Shown piece after piece: positions 17,321-30,772 of a stretch of DNA of 64,000 nucleotides; positions within the stretch are counted from its first letter, which is position 1, and the number at the start of each line of letters is the position of its first letter. Below the pieces are notes generated by a model, which ran no database searches, was not told where the DNA came from, and saw only the letters and a program-made list of their open reading frames with translations. Position numbers and translations under genes: made by a program. The DNA is from Eledone cirrhosa (lineage: Eukaryota): the NCBI GenBank assembly GCA_964016885.1, contig OZ024740.1, positions 269,452,001-269,516,000 on the forward strand. The letters run 5' to 3'.

Positions 17321-17848
17321 ATCATCGTTTAAACGTCCATGTTCCACGCTTGCATGGGTTTGGACGTGAGTTTTCCCACTTGAGGCAAGATTGGTTGTCC
17401 TGCTCGTATAGGACTGTCTGGCGGGTTTTCTACGGCTGGATGCCCTTCCTAACACCAACCACGTTTACAGTGTGGGTCTGGGAGGTTTTTACCGTGTTAC
17501 CTACACGGCCACATTACAGCGTGGACTGTGTGTATTTTTGTCGTGACACCTACACGACCTCATTTGTTTCGGACTGGATGTTGTGGTACCAACATAACTT
17601 CACATTTAAGGGGGTGGTGTGGATGGGGTGGGGTAGTGGGACAGGGGTGTATTTCGTTAGAGGTGCCTACTGACTGTAGGTTTCGCTGTGTACTTAGGCA
17701 AGGCGGGTCTTCTGTATAACTGTGTAGCGCCAAAGATCTCGGTCCAGTGACATTGTCTTGGAGAGGTGTAAGTGTGTGAGGTTGTAATTTATCAAGTCGT
17801 CGCAGGTTTTTCTGGGTCTGCCTACTCCGTGGCTACTGTCTATTTTTA
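17321..17848 (-). mobile_element. RTE 3' fragment inserted in the minisatellite
   Basis: Reverse-complement similarity to 11840-12380; encodes GVGRPRKT...SKTMSLDRDLWRY. Confidence 0.8.
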
Positions 17849-19242
17849 TTAACACATTTATAAATAAATATAAATACATTTGATGTGACCCATTCTCTGG
17901 TTAAATAAATATAAATACATTTGATGTGACCCATTCTCTGGTTAAATATATATAAATACATTTGATGTGACCCATTCTCTGTGTATATTACAAAGTTAAA
18001 TATATATAAATAAATTAGATGTGACCCATTCTCTGGTTATATTACAAAATTCAAAGAAATATTTAACACAATATCAATTAATGAATACTCATTTGGACAT
18101 CACACATTCCCTCTTCTCACCCCACTTTCACTCACTCAATCTCTCTCATATTTATTCGGTTCTATCTTTCCTTACTGTTGTAAACAAACAGTTAGGCTGA
18201 CTAAGATACAATACACATGCTTTTTCTAAAAAACAAAATGCATTTTCCAATTAAAGAATTAACAAATAACAAATATAAGGAGATTTATTTATTATATGGT
18301 CAGGATTTTTATGCATTTTACTATTATGCCTGGTTAGAGGGTGAACAGGACATTCTAAAAGAAATGATATTACTATCTACGTAACTATGAATATGAACAC
18401 AGTTTATGCTCCATGAAGTTAATAATTCACTCAGTATATCTCCAAGAATCTTTCTTTGAGGAAGAAAAAAAATCAATTTTATATTTTGCTTAATAGTTAT
18501 AGGGAAGAAATTGGATTTCCTAACTTCAGATGATTCTTAGAAACAAGAGTGGACACTTCAGCAATCAATTAAACAAGCAAACTAAATACAAACAGGGGCG
18601 CCGTTTTCTTGCTAGTTAAATATATCACATAGAAAGAATGATTGTAGTCGTGTATAATATTATTCATAGAGCATTAAATAACAATGAACTGTATTGGAAA
18701 AGTTTCTTTGATAATGGATATTAATTTTCATCACTGTCTGCTGGTGCTAGTGTTATTTTAACTAGTACTATAACATCGGAAATTGTAAATAACCTCGACC
18801 ACTGACACCACCACCATCACTAGCTTAGTTGTTTAGCACTTACAAATCTCTTCACCTCTATTTGTGTAATATATTCATTAAACCAACTCTTTGTCACACA
18901 CATTTAAAAATATATACATATTTTTATTTTTACTCCTTTCTGAGACAAAGTAATCACATTGTGGCACTTTAGTCTTCTATAAATTCCATTTCTTCTATAT
19001 CAAGAAAGTGTCCACATTTAAAGAGTCTTTGTTAAAATATAGAATAGCTTACGAAAGTTAGACTTTTGCTTCTCCCATTATACTATGTTCCAACTTCAAG
19101 GCATTTGGGGGTTGCCTAACAGTTGTCCGATTGAGCTGAAATTTTGCACACCCTATTCTGTTGTTGATTGGAACAGGATTAGTGGGTGGGAGAAGCAAAA
19201 GTCTAAATTTCGGAAAATTACCTATTGCTAAGGGCCACCCTA

Positions 19243-19690
19243 ATATCATCATCATCAACGTTTAACATCCGTGTTCCACGCTTGCATGGGTTTGGACGGG
19301 GGTTTTCCCACTTGAGGCAAGAGTGATTGTCTTGCTCGCATAGGACTGTCTGGCAGGTTTTCTACAGTTGGATGCCCTTCCTAACACCAACCACATTTAC
19401 AGTGTGGGTCTGGGAGGTTTTTACCGTGTTGTCTACACAGCCACATTACAGCGTGGACTGTGTGTTTTTTTGTCGTGACACCTACACGATCTCATTTGTT
19501 TCGGCCTGGATGGTGTGGCACCAACATAACTTTACATAGAAGAGGGGCGGTGTGGATGGGGTGGGGGTGGTGGGACGGGGGTGTATTTTGTTAGAGATGC
19601 CTACTGACTGTAGTAGGTTTTACTATGTATTTAGGTAAGGCGGGTCTTCTCTATTACTGAGTACCACCAAAGGTCTCGGTCCAGTGACAT
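19243..19690 (-). mobile_element. RTE 3' fragment
   Basis: Reverse-complement similarity to 11935-12385; (ATC)n tail. Confidence 0.8.
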
Positions 19691-20177
19691 ATATATATAT
19701 ATTACATAACTAACGTTGAGCTGCTAGAAATAGCAGCTAAATTTCTTTCAAGATTCAGCCAACTATAAAGGGAAAGAATACATATTGTGTCTAGAACTAC
19801 ATATGGTCTTAATTAAGATGAATCATCACAGTAGGAATGATTTTGATCCTAGCTTATCTCTTAATGGACATCACCTAGTTACAAAAACTTAACACAGTGT
19901 ATGTCTTAGCTCAATAAGGAAGTTTGTATGTAGTTATTCTATCTGGCAGAAATGTCAGCCAAACCCCACCTCAAATTATATCTAACCATCTACAGTTTGC
20001 ATAAGAAAAGACATCACATTGTCACAGTTGCAATACCATGGATCATAGGTCTGCTTTTCTTTGGACTAAAAAACAGTAATATTTCATTATTGAAAGTGAT
20101 AGAATATTGTATAATTGACAGGGATTTCTTCGACTGCTTTCTTTGCATACCATACCAGTCACTGTCAAGACCTCTGG

Positions 20178-20188
20178 AGAGAGAGAGA

Positions 20189-20240
<52 letters not shown>
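20178..20240. repeat. (GA)n microsatellite
   Basis: Direct reading. Confidence 0.95.
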
Positions 20241-20244
<4 letters not shown>

Positions 20245-20998
20245 AAAATTAACAACAAAGAACAAGACAACAAACAAAATCAAAACAATTTTTAAGGGGA
20301 AACCTTAAAATATATTTTTTTTTTAAATATACAAATGAAGGACACAGAACTCCATGCCCATTGGCCATTGAGATGGCCTTGGGAAGTTTTGACCCCTACC
20401 AAAAGGTACTGCTGGTTCAACCGAGGCCATAGTGTCTGACATAAGCCAAACACTGTTCAAAGGAGTAAGAGTCGAAAGACAAACATTAAATTATAGCCAT
20501 TAAAGCTATAAAAAAAACATACACATTTTTTGGTGCCTCAGTGAGCACATGAAACATGAGTGAAACAAAGAGAAAAAGAAAAAAAGGAAAAAGATTTCCA
20601 AACTCCAATGTGTACACCTATTCTCTCTCTCTCACCAAATTCTCCATTTCCTGACAAAGGTCTTTCATCTGAAGTACCGAACCCTCATCTACTTCCTCCT
20701 AAGCGTGATTCTAATAAGACTTTGTGTTTTTGCATACGCGTGTTTGTGTTGTCATTTCTTCAACTATATATATTCTAAAAGTGGATTAAAATAAAAATTA
20801 TTTCCATCATATTATACCATAAATATCTAAAAAAATAAAAAATAAAAATATATATATATATATATATTGCCAGATAAATCAACTATGGAGATATAAAAGA
20901 TACAGAAGCGAAAACAAATCCAAACCAAATAGTGAGTGTGTTCTATTATTATTTCTGACAATATTATAACAATATGACCCTCGCCAAATATAACTATA

Positions 20999-21061
<63 letters not shown>

Positions 21062-21439
21062 GGGTTGCCTTGAGAAGTTAACAGATAGGTATATGCGTGT
21101 GTGTGAATTCAACATAAAAGGTCATTGAGTAGGTTAAGGAACTATGTAAATGTCATTTAAGCAAATACACACTTTACTAGACATAAGAGAAAACACCGAG
21201 ATCAGGACATAAATAATATACTTTTCTATACCATTTTTAATCATGGCTGTTCTGTCGGTGATGCGAGCATATTATACTAGTTTATAAATGCCTTCAAAAG
21301 TGATTATCAGTTAAAGAAATACTCTGGGAGAATAAAGTGTCATAGCAACAAAAAAAATAATAATTCAGTCTGAGGAAGTGGGATGTCTATATCTTTTCCA
21401 AATCCTTATGACTAGGATATATGGATAAGAAATTATTGC

Positions 21440-21885
21440 TGACATAATAGAAAGTATCCCGTCCACCCTGTGAAATGGTTGTGCTAATGACCATCCAAAA
21501 AGCACCCAGTCTACCCAGTAAGGTGGTCGTGTTTGTGACACAACAAAAAGCAGCCAGTCTACCCAGTAAGGTAGTTGTAATAAAGACACTACAAAAAGCA
21601 CTCAGTCCAACTTGTAAGTTATTCATGCTGGTAGCACAACAAAAAGCACCCAGTCCACCCTGTTAGATAGTCATTTTGCTGTCATGGTAAATGCACCCAG
21701 GCCAAACTGTAACATGGTTGGTGTTAGGAAGGGCATCCAGCTGTAGAACGAAAACCCAAAATACAGATCAACATGAGCATGTTGGTCTCTAGACCCGACT
21801 TGTCTCATAATGTGACAACCCACCTAACTCATGCAAGCATGCAAAAATGGATGTTAATCAATGATGACAATGATGATGATGATGA
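21440..21885 (+). mobile_element. RTE-type 3'-UTR/SINE tail with internal AAAAAGCACCCAGTC subrepeats
   Basis: Shares TTAGGAAGGGCATCCAGCTGTAG and the (GAT)n tail with the other RTE tails. Confidence 0.65.
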
Positions 21886-22010
21886 CATTCAGTTTGAACT
21901 AATGATGGTCAGAAAGTTGTGAGAAAAACATGAGGAGAAAATTCCAGGATGAGGTTGCACTGGGAAAGAAGGATGAGCTAGAGTATTTAATGCAAGAATA
22001 AGAACATTAA

Positions 22011-22221
22011 CCCTTTAAAATTTAAGCCGGCCAGAATTCTCTCACCTCTTTTTGTTCAAACCGACCATAGCCAGCCACTCATACTGATGTTAAGGTATGG
22101 TTCTCAAAATAAATAATATCAAAATCTCATAGATTCAATATTAAGTGAGATAATTACGTACAGTAAAGCCTTTACTATAATAATATATTAGTAAATAGAG
22201 AGTAATGTAAATGCTAAAGGG
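22011..22221. mobile_element. piggyBac-like MITE
   Basis: TTAA at both flanks (22007-22010, 22222-22225); TIRs CCCTTTAAAATTT / AAATGCTAAAGGG. Confidence 0.75.
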
Positions 22222-22409
22222 TTAAATTCTGACAACAGAAATGATTGTAGAAGAAACAGGGATGAGATCAGTAGTGGGCAAATGTGTGTATTTTACTGAT
22301 GAGTAAAAAATTGTTTTTATCCTGCATATAAGATTTCCATAATGTGGCCCTAAATATATGTATGTGGGTGTGTATGTTTGTGTATGAGTATATGTGTGTA
22401 TATGTATGA

Positions 22410-22625
22410 GTATCACTTTTGAGCTGACTTTTGGGAGGCTCCCATACAGCTCTGAGTTTTTCATCCTCAGTGTATACTGATTAATGTTCAGAGCCATCCT
22501 CAGCATTCTCGTGTAGCACCCATCCACCATCTGAGTGAGTTTCTTGGTCAGTGTCCAAGTCTCAGACCTGTACAGCATGGAAGAGGAAGAACAAGGTTAA
22601 CGTATGTTGATGCCCTAAGGACAGA
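22410..22625 (-). pseudogene. RTE C-terminal fragment
   Basis: Encodes LYRSETWTLTKKLTQMVDGCYTRMLRMALNI. Confidence 0.7.
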
Positions 22626-22733
22626 CAAAGGTCTGTTGGAGACCGCTGGAGAGAACTCGTCATGCACACACACACACACATATCTATATACACATATAAA
22701 TACACACACAGATGCACATATACACACACACAC

Positions 22734-22779
<46 letters not shown>

Positions 22780-22842
22780 AATACACATATACATATACAC
22801 ATACACACACACATACATATATATATCATCATTATATATATA

Positions 22843-23045
22843 TGGACATGTGATGCTCACAGAGGATGGCCGTTGGGTAAAGAAGTGCCAAGAAATCCCA
22901 GTAGAAGGAAGACGCAGTAGAGGAAGACCACGAAAAACATGGGTGGAGGTGGTGAGAGCGGGCCTCAGATCGCTGAAGCTCACTGAGAAGATGACAAAGG
23001 ACCGTGACAAGTGGAGAGATGCTGTGCTGAATAGAACCTGCTTAG
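22843..23045 (+). pseudogene. RTE C-terminal fragment
   Basis: Encodes VEGRRSRGRPRKTWVEVV...DRDKWR. Confidence 0.75.
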
Positions 23046-23218
23046 GAAATAAACAATACACACAAATAACAAAAATGGTATAGAAAAACATTTTAAAAAG
23101 TTGTATCTGGCTATATATATATATTAGGGGGTTGTTCCCTGATGGGTATAGGGTAGTAGCCATGCTTGAAAACAGTACTCAATATGTTAGTTGAGTATAG
23201 GCATCATTATTTTATATA

Positions 23219-23404
23219 GTGGATTGGCAGTATCGGTAGAGAGTCGGGCGCCATGCTTTGCAGCATAGTTACGCCCCTTTATGGTCTGAGTTCAAATCCT
23301 GCCAAGGTTAACTTTGCCTTTCATCCTTACGGGGTCGATAAAATAAAGTACCAGTAATGCACTGGGTTATTGCTGGCCTTGTGCCAAAAGTAGAAACAAT
23401 TATT
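23219..23404 (+). mobile_element. tRNA-derived SINE with Meta-type core
   Basis: A box TGGCAGTATCGG, B box GAGTTCAAATCC, core GCCTTTCATCCTTACGGGGTCGATAAAATAAAGTACCAG, ATT tail. Confidence 0.8.
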
Positions 23405-23533
23405 TTATATTGAAATAACTTATACAGGACTAGAACTATTTCATTCATATGAAATCATCAGAGAAGACTTTCGTAATGATTTCATTTGAATGAAACAGTT
23501 CTAGTCTTGTAACAGTAATTTCTATATAAAATA
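23401..23533. repeat. ~60-bp-arm inverted repeat made of two divergent truncated hammerhead motifs
   Basis: Minus strand reads CTGATGA-TTTCATATGAAT-GAAA-TAGT-TC; plus strand reads GTAATGA-TTTCATTTGAAT-GAAA-CAGT-TC. Confidence 0.65.
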
Positions 23534-23550
23534 AACACTCCCACACACTC

Positions 23551-23685
23551 ACATGGCTTAGTGGTTAGAGCATTGGGCTTGCAATCGAAAGGTTGTGAGT
23601 TCAATTCTCAGACTGGGTGATGTGTTTCCTTGAGCAAGACACTTTATTTTACATTGCTCCAGTTTACTCAGCTGTAGAAATGAGA
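23551..23685 (+). mobile_element. tRNA-derived SINE head (CORE/V-like)
   Basis: TGGCTTAGTGG A box, GAGTTCAATTC B box, followed by CCTTGAGCAAGACACTT. Confidence 0.65.
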
Positions 23686-23699
23686 TGATAGGACTGAGG

Positions 23700-23995
23700 T
23701 CCCTATCGTTCCACTGCAAAGTGGTCGTGGAGGTGCCACGGCAAAAAAGCACCCAGCCCACACTGTAAACTGGACGTGTAGGCACCACGGAAAAAAAGCA
23801 CCCAGCACTCAATGTAAATGAGGTTGGTGTTAGGGAGGGCATCCAGCTGTAGAAATCAAGCCAGAATTAGTTCCCATATAAACAAGACAAGGTCAGCCAA
23901 CCGGACACTGCCCACAACAGGACAACCCGTCTAACCCCTGCTAGCATGGAAGAATGGACGTAAAATGGTGATGATGATGATGATGATGATGGTGA
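23700..23995 (+). mobile_element. RTE 3'-UTR-derived fragment
   Basis: AAAAAGCACCCAG subrepeats and (GAT)n tail. Confidence 0.7.
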
Positions 23996-24011
23996 TATAT
24001 ATATATATATA

Positions 24012-24762
24012 CTAGCAGAATGGCCTGGCATTGCTCAGGCTTCTAAACTTAGATTGGCATGTTTATCCCTCCTTTCTGAAACAGTACAGAGAAGTACGGA
24101 ATACCTCGGCCTGGGGATGGTGTCTACATTTTGTGCTTATAAAAAAAATTTGTCGTAGATTACCAGGGGTTTAACTTAATTGGGTGCCTGAGAGTAAAAT
24201 GTTCAACCCACAAAAGCCAAGACGATAGGGTTAAGTAAAAAGACATTCAACAAACCGAACATGTATTTGTTGTGCTATGGTACAATGAAAGCAAAAGGTA
24301 CAGAGCAGTAAACATGTGGGACTGCAGTGGTGGAGAGCATGAAGGAATTTAGTTGGCTACTTTTAAGGTTACAAAAATCTACCCAATCTGATATAGACTG
24401 TTATATCAAATGCCGAATGCTTCGGAGTTACTATTGGGGTCACCATCATCAATTTCAAGGGATGTACGTTTAAGTAGGGATAATATAGTCTATAAAGAGA
24501 GGTAACTCTTTCAAAATACTATAGAGTTGTCTCTCTTGAACATTGTAGACAAAATTGCCGAACTAAAAGGGCTTAAAGTTTTAGTGAAAAAGACGCCTTT
24601 AACAACAGAAAATTGAAAAATAAAAGCTGCAGTTAATATCTTTAGATCGCAAGGAATATATAAATGCAAGTTTGAAGTCAATCGGAGTAGAAATGTGGAT
24701 TTGTATAGACTTTGCCAAAATTAGGACACAGAGACAACTCCAGTTTTATTTATATGTATAGA
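24012..24762 (-). mobile_element. Non-autonomous Helitron
   Basis: On the minus strand it starts TC, ends CTAG, sits between A and T, and has a subterminal hairpin (CCTGGCATTGCTCAGG on +, 24024-24039). Confidence 0.7.
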
Positions 24763-27700
24763 TAAAACCATTTGATATTGATGGACGTGAAATAGAGTAC
24801 TCAATACCTAAGTAGAGTTTAGATATTCTTTATTATGACTAAGTACATAATGTTGTTACTATGGGTCCAGTATGAGTACAGATGAAACAGGAGAGAAACA
24901 AGATTCATCACTTAACCATATTAAAGTTTGTGTGTGTGTGTTGTTGGGTGGGTGATATGACAAGCTTTTCTATATTTCTGTCCAAATTCATTTACAAGGT
25001 ATTAGTCAGCCATGGAAGCATGGAAAAATGGATATAAAAATGATGATTATGATGATGATGACACTTGCCTCAGGTGGCAGCAATGGAATTCTAGGAATGG
25101 ACACATTTCCTATCATGCAATAGCATGATAGGAAATGTGTCCAGCCATAGAAACATTGCCAAACAAAGAGTTAGAAAGATGTTTCTGGTATGTCAAAGAC
25201 ATGACAACCTCCCTAGTGATGGTGATCTACATGATAAAAAGATTGAGTACGCTATGTAAAGTGCTTGGTGATAGGAAGGGAGCCATCTTAAACCTGCCAA
25301 ACAAAGAGTCAGCAAGACTGTTCAAATATGTCAAAGACATGACATCCTCTCTAGTGCTAGTACTATGATGAAATGCACTCAATTGGGTGTGGATACATTT
25401 GTAAGTGAAGAAGTGGGCTCCTGGTCTGCCTGAGCACCTGGTACAGTGTGAGAAAAGAGACATTATATGGTGATAATAATCCAACCCTTGCTAGCAGGGA
25501 AAATGGATTTTTAAGGTGTGATGATGATGATTGCATATCCAAAAGATCATACTTAACAGGATCATTTTTTACTATTTCATATCTTCAGACTTTTCTGCCC
25601 TATATTTGCCAAGAATCATCTGACACACAGATATTGGAAGCATGCATCATATAATCTAGTCCAGAGATGAAAGGGCTGTGTTCATACCCTTTTTCAGAAC
25701 CTCTGCAATTAACGCAAGGAAGAGTAGTACTCATGGTGTTTTTGCAGGACCTCTGATAGCAGTGGGAAGAAAGTTATCCTCAAACTGAAAACCTAATAAT
25801 GAAATGCATTCCTTTAAAGGCACTCAAAGGTCAGGTGGTGTTGATTAATAGTGTGATAGATTCAGTCCATCATCATCATCATTGTTTAACGTCCATTTTC
25901 CACGCTTGCATGGGTTAGGCATGTCATCAGACAGCGTCATGCTCATTACAGACCTGCATTTTGGCTTGGTTTCTACCTTCCCTGAAACCAACTATGTTAC
26001 AGTATGGACTCTGTGCTTTTTATCGTGGCACCAAAATGACCATCCGAGAAATATACATATACATATGTAGCAATATTTATTGTATAAACGCAAACATAAG
26101 TCAAGGAATATGTAATTCGTCTGTGGTACAAAGTAAGTTTAACTTATTTTATATCTATAGACTAGAAAATGAAAGTCTTTGCCAGGCTGATCTGCCTAAG
26201 ATCTTTAGTTATGTTTCTATAACCCCTAAAGGCTATGCAACACTCTAACTATATTACACACTTTATGAAATGGTACCCCATCAATACAATAATTGGAATT
26301 TAAAGTATACTTTTTAGAACGTGGTATTCTAGCTGAAATAGAAACCCCATAAAACTTGTATAAGTAGGAACATGTTTGTTGCAAATTTTATGGAGTAGGT
26401 CTATAATGGCAGTGAGGTTGTTGTTTAGCTATTGACCATATGGTCTTAGGAGTAAATTTTATGACTGCCATTGTGTTGAACAAGACATATAAGTCTACTT
26501 GATGTAATGTATTTGACTAGCAAAATAACAACAACAAAAAATGTTATTTCATATGTGTGTGAGTAGCTGTAGAAACCTAGCCAAGAGTGTATGAAATAAG
26601 ATATTTCTGAAAACCATATGTAAGAATCAAATGTTATCTTTTCTGGATATTTGAATAACTTCAAGAAATGTTACCTCAGAAAATTATTTCAGTTGGCTGA
26701 TTAAATTATTGCATTGTAATTGATACTAGATGATGGAAGAATCTGAACTGGCATTGATTTATTTCACTAAGATAATCAAATGGGATAAAAATGACTGGAT
26801 TTTCACAGCAATTCTGACTCTTAAATGAAATATTTTGTATTTTAAGCTAAAAAATACCTACTTTATGGTCATCAGTTTAACACTTGTTATAGATAGGAGA
26901 GGATAATTTATTTCTCTGTTTGCTTCACCTCATCAACAGAGCTTAATGTAGGTGATACTTGCACATAATACACAAATAATTGGCAATAGGAAGGGATTCT
27001 AGTTGTTAAAAAATGTGTCAAAGAGTTCACATGCTAATATCCAATTTTGCAGAAACATTCCACTAAGATTGCCATGTATATAAATCTTCAAACAGGATGG
27101 AGGGAGAAACAGAGAATAAATGTTCTCTATATTTACTACTGCAGAGTGTAAGTCCAGAAACCAATTCCAACTTTGATTATTTCTGTTGCGTAATTGTTAT
27201 ATATTAAATAGATTGAAGATGCATGGTGATATAAAACTACTAATTGTTGTTACTGTTGCAACTAATCCTTAAATATTACAATCCTTGGCAACCTTTTAAC
27301 GATTATTGTTATTTGCCTAAGTCAACCTTAATCAAACAGGCTTATGATCAAAACAATTCCAGCCAGGTTTCCTCTATTTCTTTTAAGAGATCTAACAATG
27401 TGGAGGCTGTCGTGGTTAAGAGGTTAGCTTTACAATCATAAGCCTTGGGTCAACAAAAACATTGAAATGTGTTAGACAAAAACTGTATAGAAGCCTGTCA
27501 GAAGGATTACGCCTGTAATTCAAAAGTCTAACCTTATCATATCATGTTACATTGATTCTGCTTGGGAATTATGTCTAGGGTACACATGTTTGTGGAATAC
27601 TCAACCACTCTTATATTATTTTAATGAGTTAGACATTTGAACAATTGAATGCGCATCAAGACTGATCGATGATTGATTATCAAGGATCACATTGTTTAAT

Positions 27701-27779
27701 GTCTTTGGAAGGATGCCCAAGTTCTTCCTCCCAGGTGTCAGTCCTCAGATGATAACTGGGCTGGCAGGCAACTCTAGTA

Positions 27780-28380
27780 GTAATGAACAGTACTTGGTTA
27801 CCCCCATCTTGCTATCTTGTTGGTCAACTAGGTAAAGTTGCCAAATATTAGTTACTTTCTTATCCAGTTGATGAGGATGGCCATCCAGTGCATCAAACTG
27901 TAGCAACCATCAACCTAGTGAGGGTTTACTCCCCTCCCTTATGAATTGTCTTGATAGCTGCTATGAAAATCCGCTTTTTGAATTGTCTGGATATCATTGA
28001 ATGCTTTTTAAGCAAGGGCTCTTCTTTGCACTTTGATATCACTGTCCAAGCCCATAACATGAGCTACTTGAAGTCAGAAAATGGTTTGAGCAGAGCACCT
28101 TTAATGGTCTTGGGCAACTCACATTCAGCTATAATATGGACTATGTATTCTGCCTTCCCAATATTAAGATGTAGCCCAACTTTGTAACCTTCCGTTTTTA
28201 CTCTTGACAATAGGGTCTGAGCAATTGTGAGTTCAACTGACAAGTTGTCAATTGATACTACTGTAAAGCAAAGGTCACCAATATATGAGGTTATGAAAGA
28301 GTGAAATCTTACATGCATTACTTTCAATTCTTCTTATTAATAACTGCATTGTTTCTTTTCAAAAACTATGTTGTAAAATA
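27780..28380 (-). pseudogene. Highly decayed RTE-like RT fragment
   Basis: LLSRVKTEGYKVGLHLNIGKAEYI...FSDFK resembles the RT segment downstream of YADD. Confidence 0.55.
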
Positions 28381-28579
28381 AACCTCATTTGGTCATTCCA
28401 TAAGAGTGTCTTGGTAAGGCTATGAACTTTTCAGCTGACCTTGTAGGCAGGATCACTTCCAACCTTTCCATGAGTGTGGCTTGCAAAGAAATATGCTCGG
28501 CCAAGCTAACTTGTAATGCACAGTAAACAATAATAGCTCCCATGAAACAAGCCCTAGCAAATGGTAAAATGGCTCCCCA

Positions 28580-29100
28580 GAGGTACCTAACAGCTTCTAT
28601 TACTTGGGGGACCAAACTAAGTGAGTGTTCTGAAAGCACAGTTGCCTAAGTGAAAACTGGTTGAAAAAAGTTCTAAGAGTTAATACCACTGTTGGCTACA
28701 AAGGGTTCCTTCCTCAGAGTAAAAGACATTGTATGATGCTTCTGTGTGAATGAGATGCTACATGGAAATGAGACTTGAGCATTATGTTCGGAGAACTTAC
28801 GAAGATTGGAATGAAATGAAGCAAACATGCTCACTTGCATGTGTAATAGTAGTGTGCATAAGCGAGGAAACATCAGCGAGCTGAGAGAAAAACAGAGTAT
28901 AAGAGGGATTGGCTATAGTGTAGAGGAAAGGAGACTGCAATGGTATAAATCTGATGCATGACAGTTGCAGAGTACTTGAAGTGAATGGAGCCAGTGGAAG
29001 GGAAAAACCTAGGAAAATATGGACTTCACTAGAATGACCCAGAATCGAATTGACTGGCAACATTCAGTATTGTAGAAGACTCACTTTCCCATGTCAAGCA
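28580..29100 (+). pseudogene. Decayed RTE C-terminal fragment
   Basis: Colinear with 14355-14920 (e.g. AACTGGTTGAAAAAAGTTC, GGCTACAAAGGGTTC). Confidence 0.7.
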
Positions 29101-29559
29101 AATAGGATGAATCAAGCATGGAGAAAATGGGCCCACCTACCAGTATACTTCAAAATACCAACCCCTATCCACATTTCTCCACATTAATCCTGAAGAAGCA
29201 GAGAGCTGGAATAACAATGAGATCCTTGCCTGCCTGTATACTTCCAATTTCCTCACCTTAATCCCCACTTGCTAAGCCCCCAACAAAATTCTCCACCCAC
29301 TCATATCCTTCCTTTTTCATCCAACCTGTGTCAACATACAAAGTCAGGCTGCTTCACCTTATCTTCACTTCACTCACTTTTCAAATTCACCTTCACTGTT
29401 GAACCCAAACCCGCCCCTTATACTGACATGCCAAACTCCCCTTCCCTGTCTAAAACATGTCAACATCAAAAGCTTGATAAGTCTCACTGCACACTTGCTT
29501 CAAGGCCAGCCCCATTACCTGTTTGTGTGTATATGTTATATACAAATATATAGTAGAAA

Positions 29560-30732
29560 CAAAGTTATGTTGGTACCACAAAACATCCAGCCCACACTGT
29601 AAAGTGGTCATATAGGTATCACGACAAACAACAACTCAGTCCACACAGTAGAGTGGTCATGTAGGAGACATGGCAAAAAGCACACACTGCACACACTGTA
29701 AATGTGATTGGCATTAGGAAGGACATCCACAATGCCAACAACTATACAGTATGTACTGAAAACATTTTATCATGATTCCAATTCTACCACAGGATAGGAT
29801 CATCTTATAGGGTGGATTGCGTACTTTTTATTGTGATAACAGCACTACCCCATTACAACGCTAGGGTGTTTATTAACCTAGGCTGGAATAGAGAGGAGGC
29901 ATTGATAAAAGTATGGGTGAAAAATGAGAGAGTGGTGCAGACTGCATGCCGCCTGTTCAAGGAGGTAGTGTCATACTACTGAGGTACAGGATGCATTGGG
30001 CCATGACTTTCTATGCTGGCATGGGTTGGACAATGAAAAGAGGGATAGGGGTGGATGATGTGAGGTGAAGGGGCTCTTGGGGAATGAAGGTGGTGGGAAT
30101 AGTTAGAGGATTATGGTGGGGAGTGGGTAGCATACACACAATCATCATCGTCACAGTCATCATCACCAACATCATCATTGTCGTCTATTTGCTCTTCCTT
30201 AATGTCGAAAGCATCACGCAACATACATCAACATTTCTTACTGGCTGTGAGGTCCTTCAACTTCCTCATTCATCTCCTCCAGGTTGTTTCCTGTCATTGA
30301 GTTTGTCTAAACCTAACTATAAGGTCGCTAACTACTAGGTTATGTTTGGAGATGCATTTTTCATCAAGGAGGGACTTTGTTTTTACAACCCTCACTCCAT
30401 CTCATCTTCTAGTAATGATAAAATCTATCTGGCTGGTATGCTCCCTTGGTTATAGGTGATCAAGTGATTGTCACGTTTATATATATATATATAGGGGTCA
30501 CGACAAAAAAGCACCCAGTACTCACTGTAAATGAGGTTGGTATTAGGAAGGGCATCCAGCTGTAGAAACCAATCCAGAAATGGTCACCTGATCTAGCATT
30601 GCCCACAACAGGACAACCCGTCTAACACGTGCTAGTGTGGAAAATGGACATAAGATGGAGGCGATGATGATATGTGTATATATATACATATATACACACA
30701 AATATATATATATAACATTATCATGATATATA

Positions 30733-30772
<40 letters not shown>

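Larger units (their letters stand above)
16514..18045. repeat. 41-bp minisatellite (AAATAAATATAAATACATTTGATGTGACCCATTCTCTGGTT) interrupted by a MITE and an RTE tail
   Basis: Period 41 over 16797-17320, with further copies at 16514-16610 and 17860-18045. Confidence 0.92.

Noticed and set aside
20650-20690. CTGACAA-AGGT...ACC-GAAC as a hammerhead
   Set aside because: Several core mismatches and no stem I; at best a very old relic.
21890-22000. Possible host exon (MRRKFQDEVALGKKDELEYLMQE)
   Set aside because: Short, no recognisable family and no supporting splice structure.
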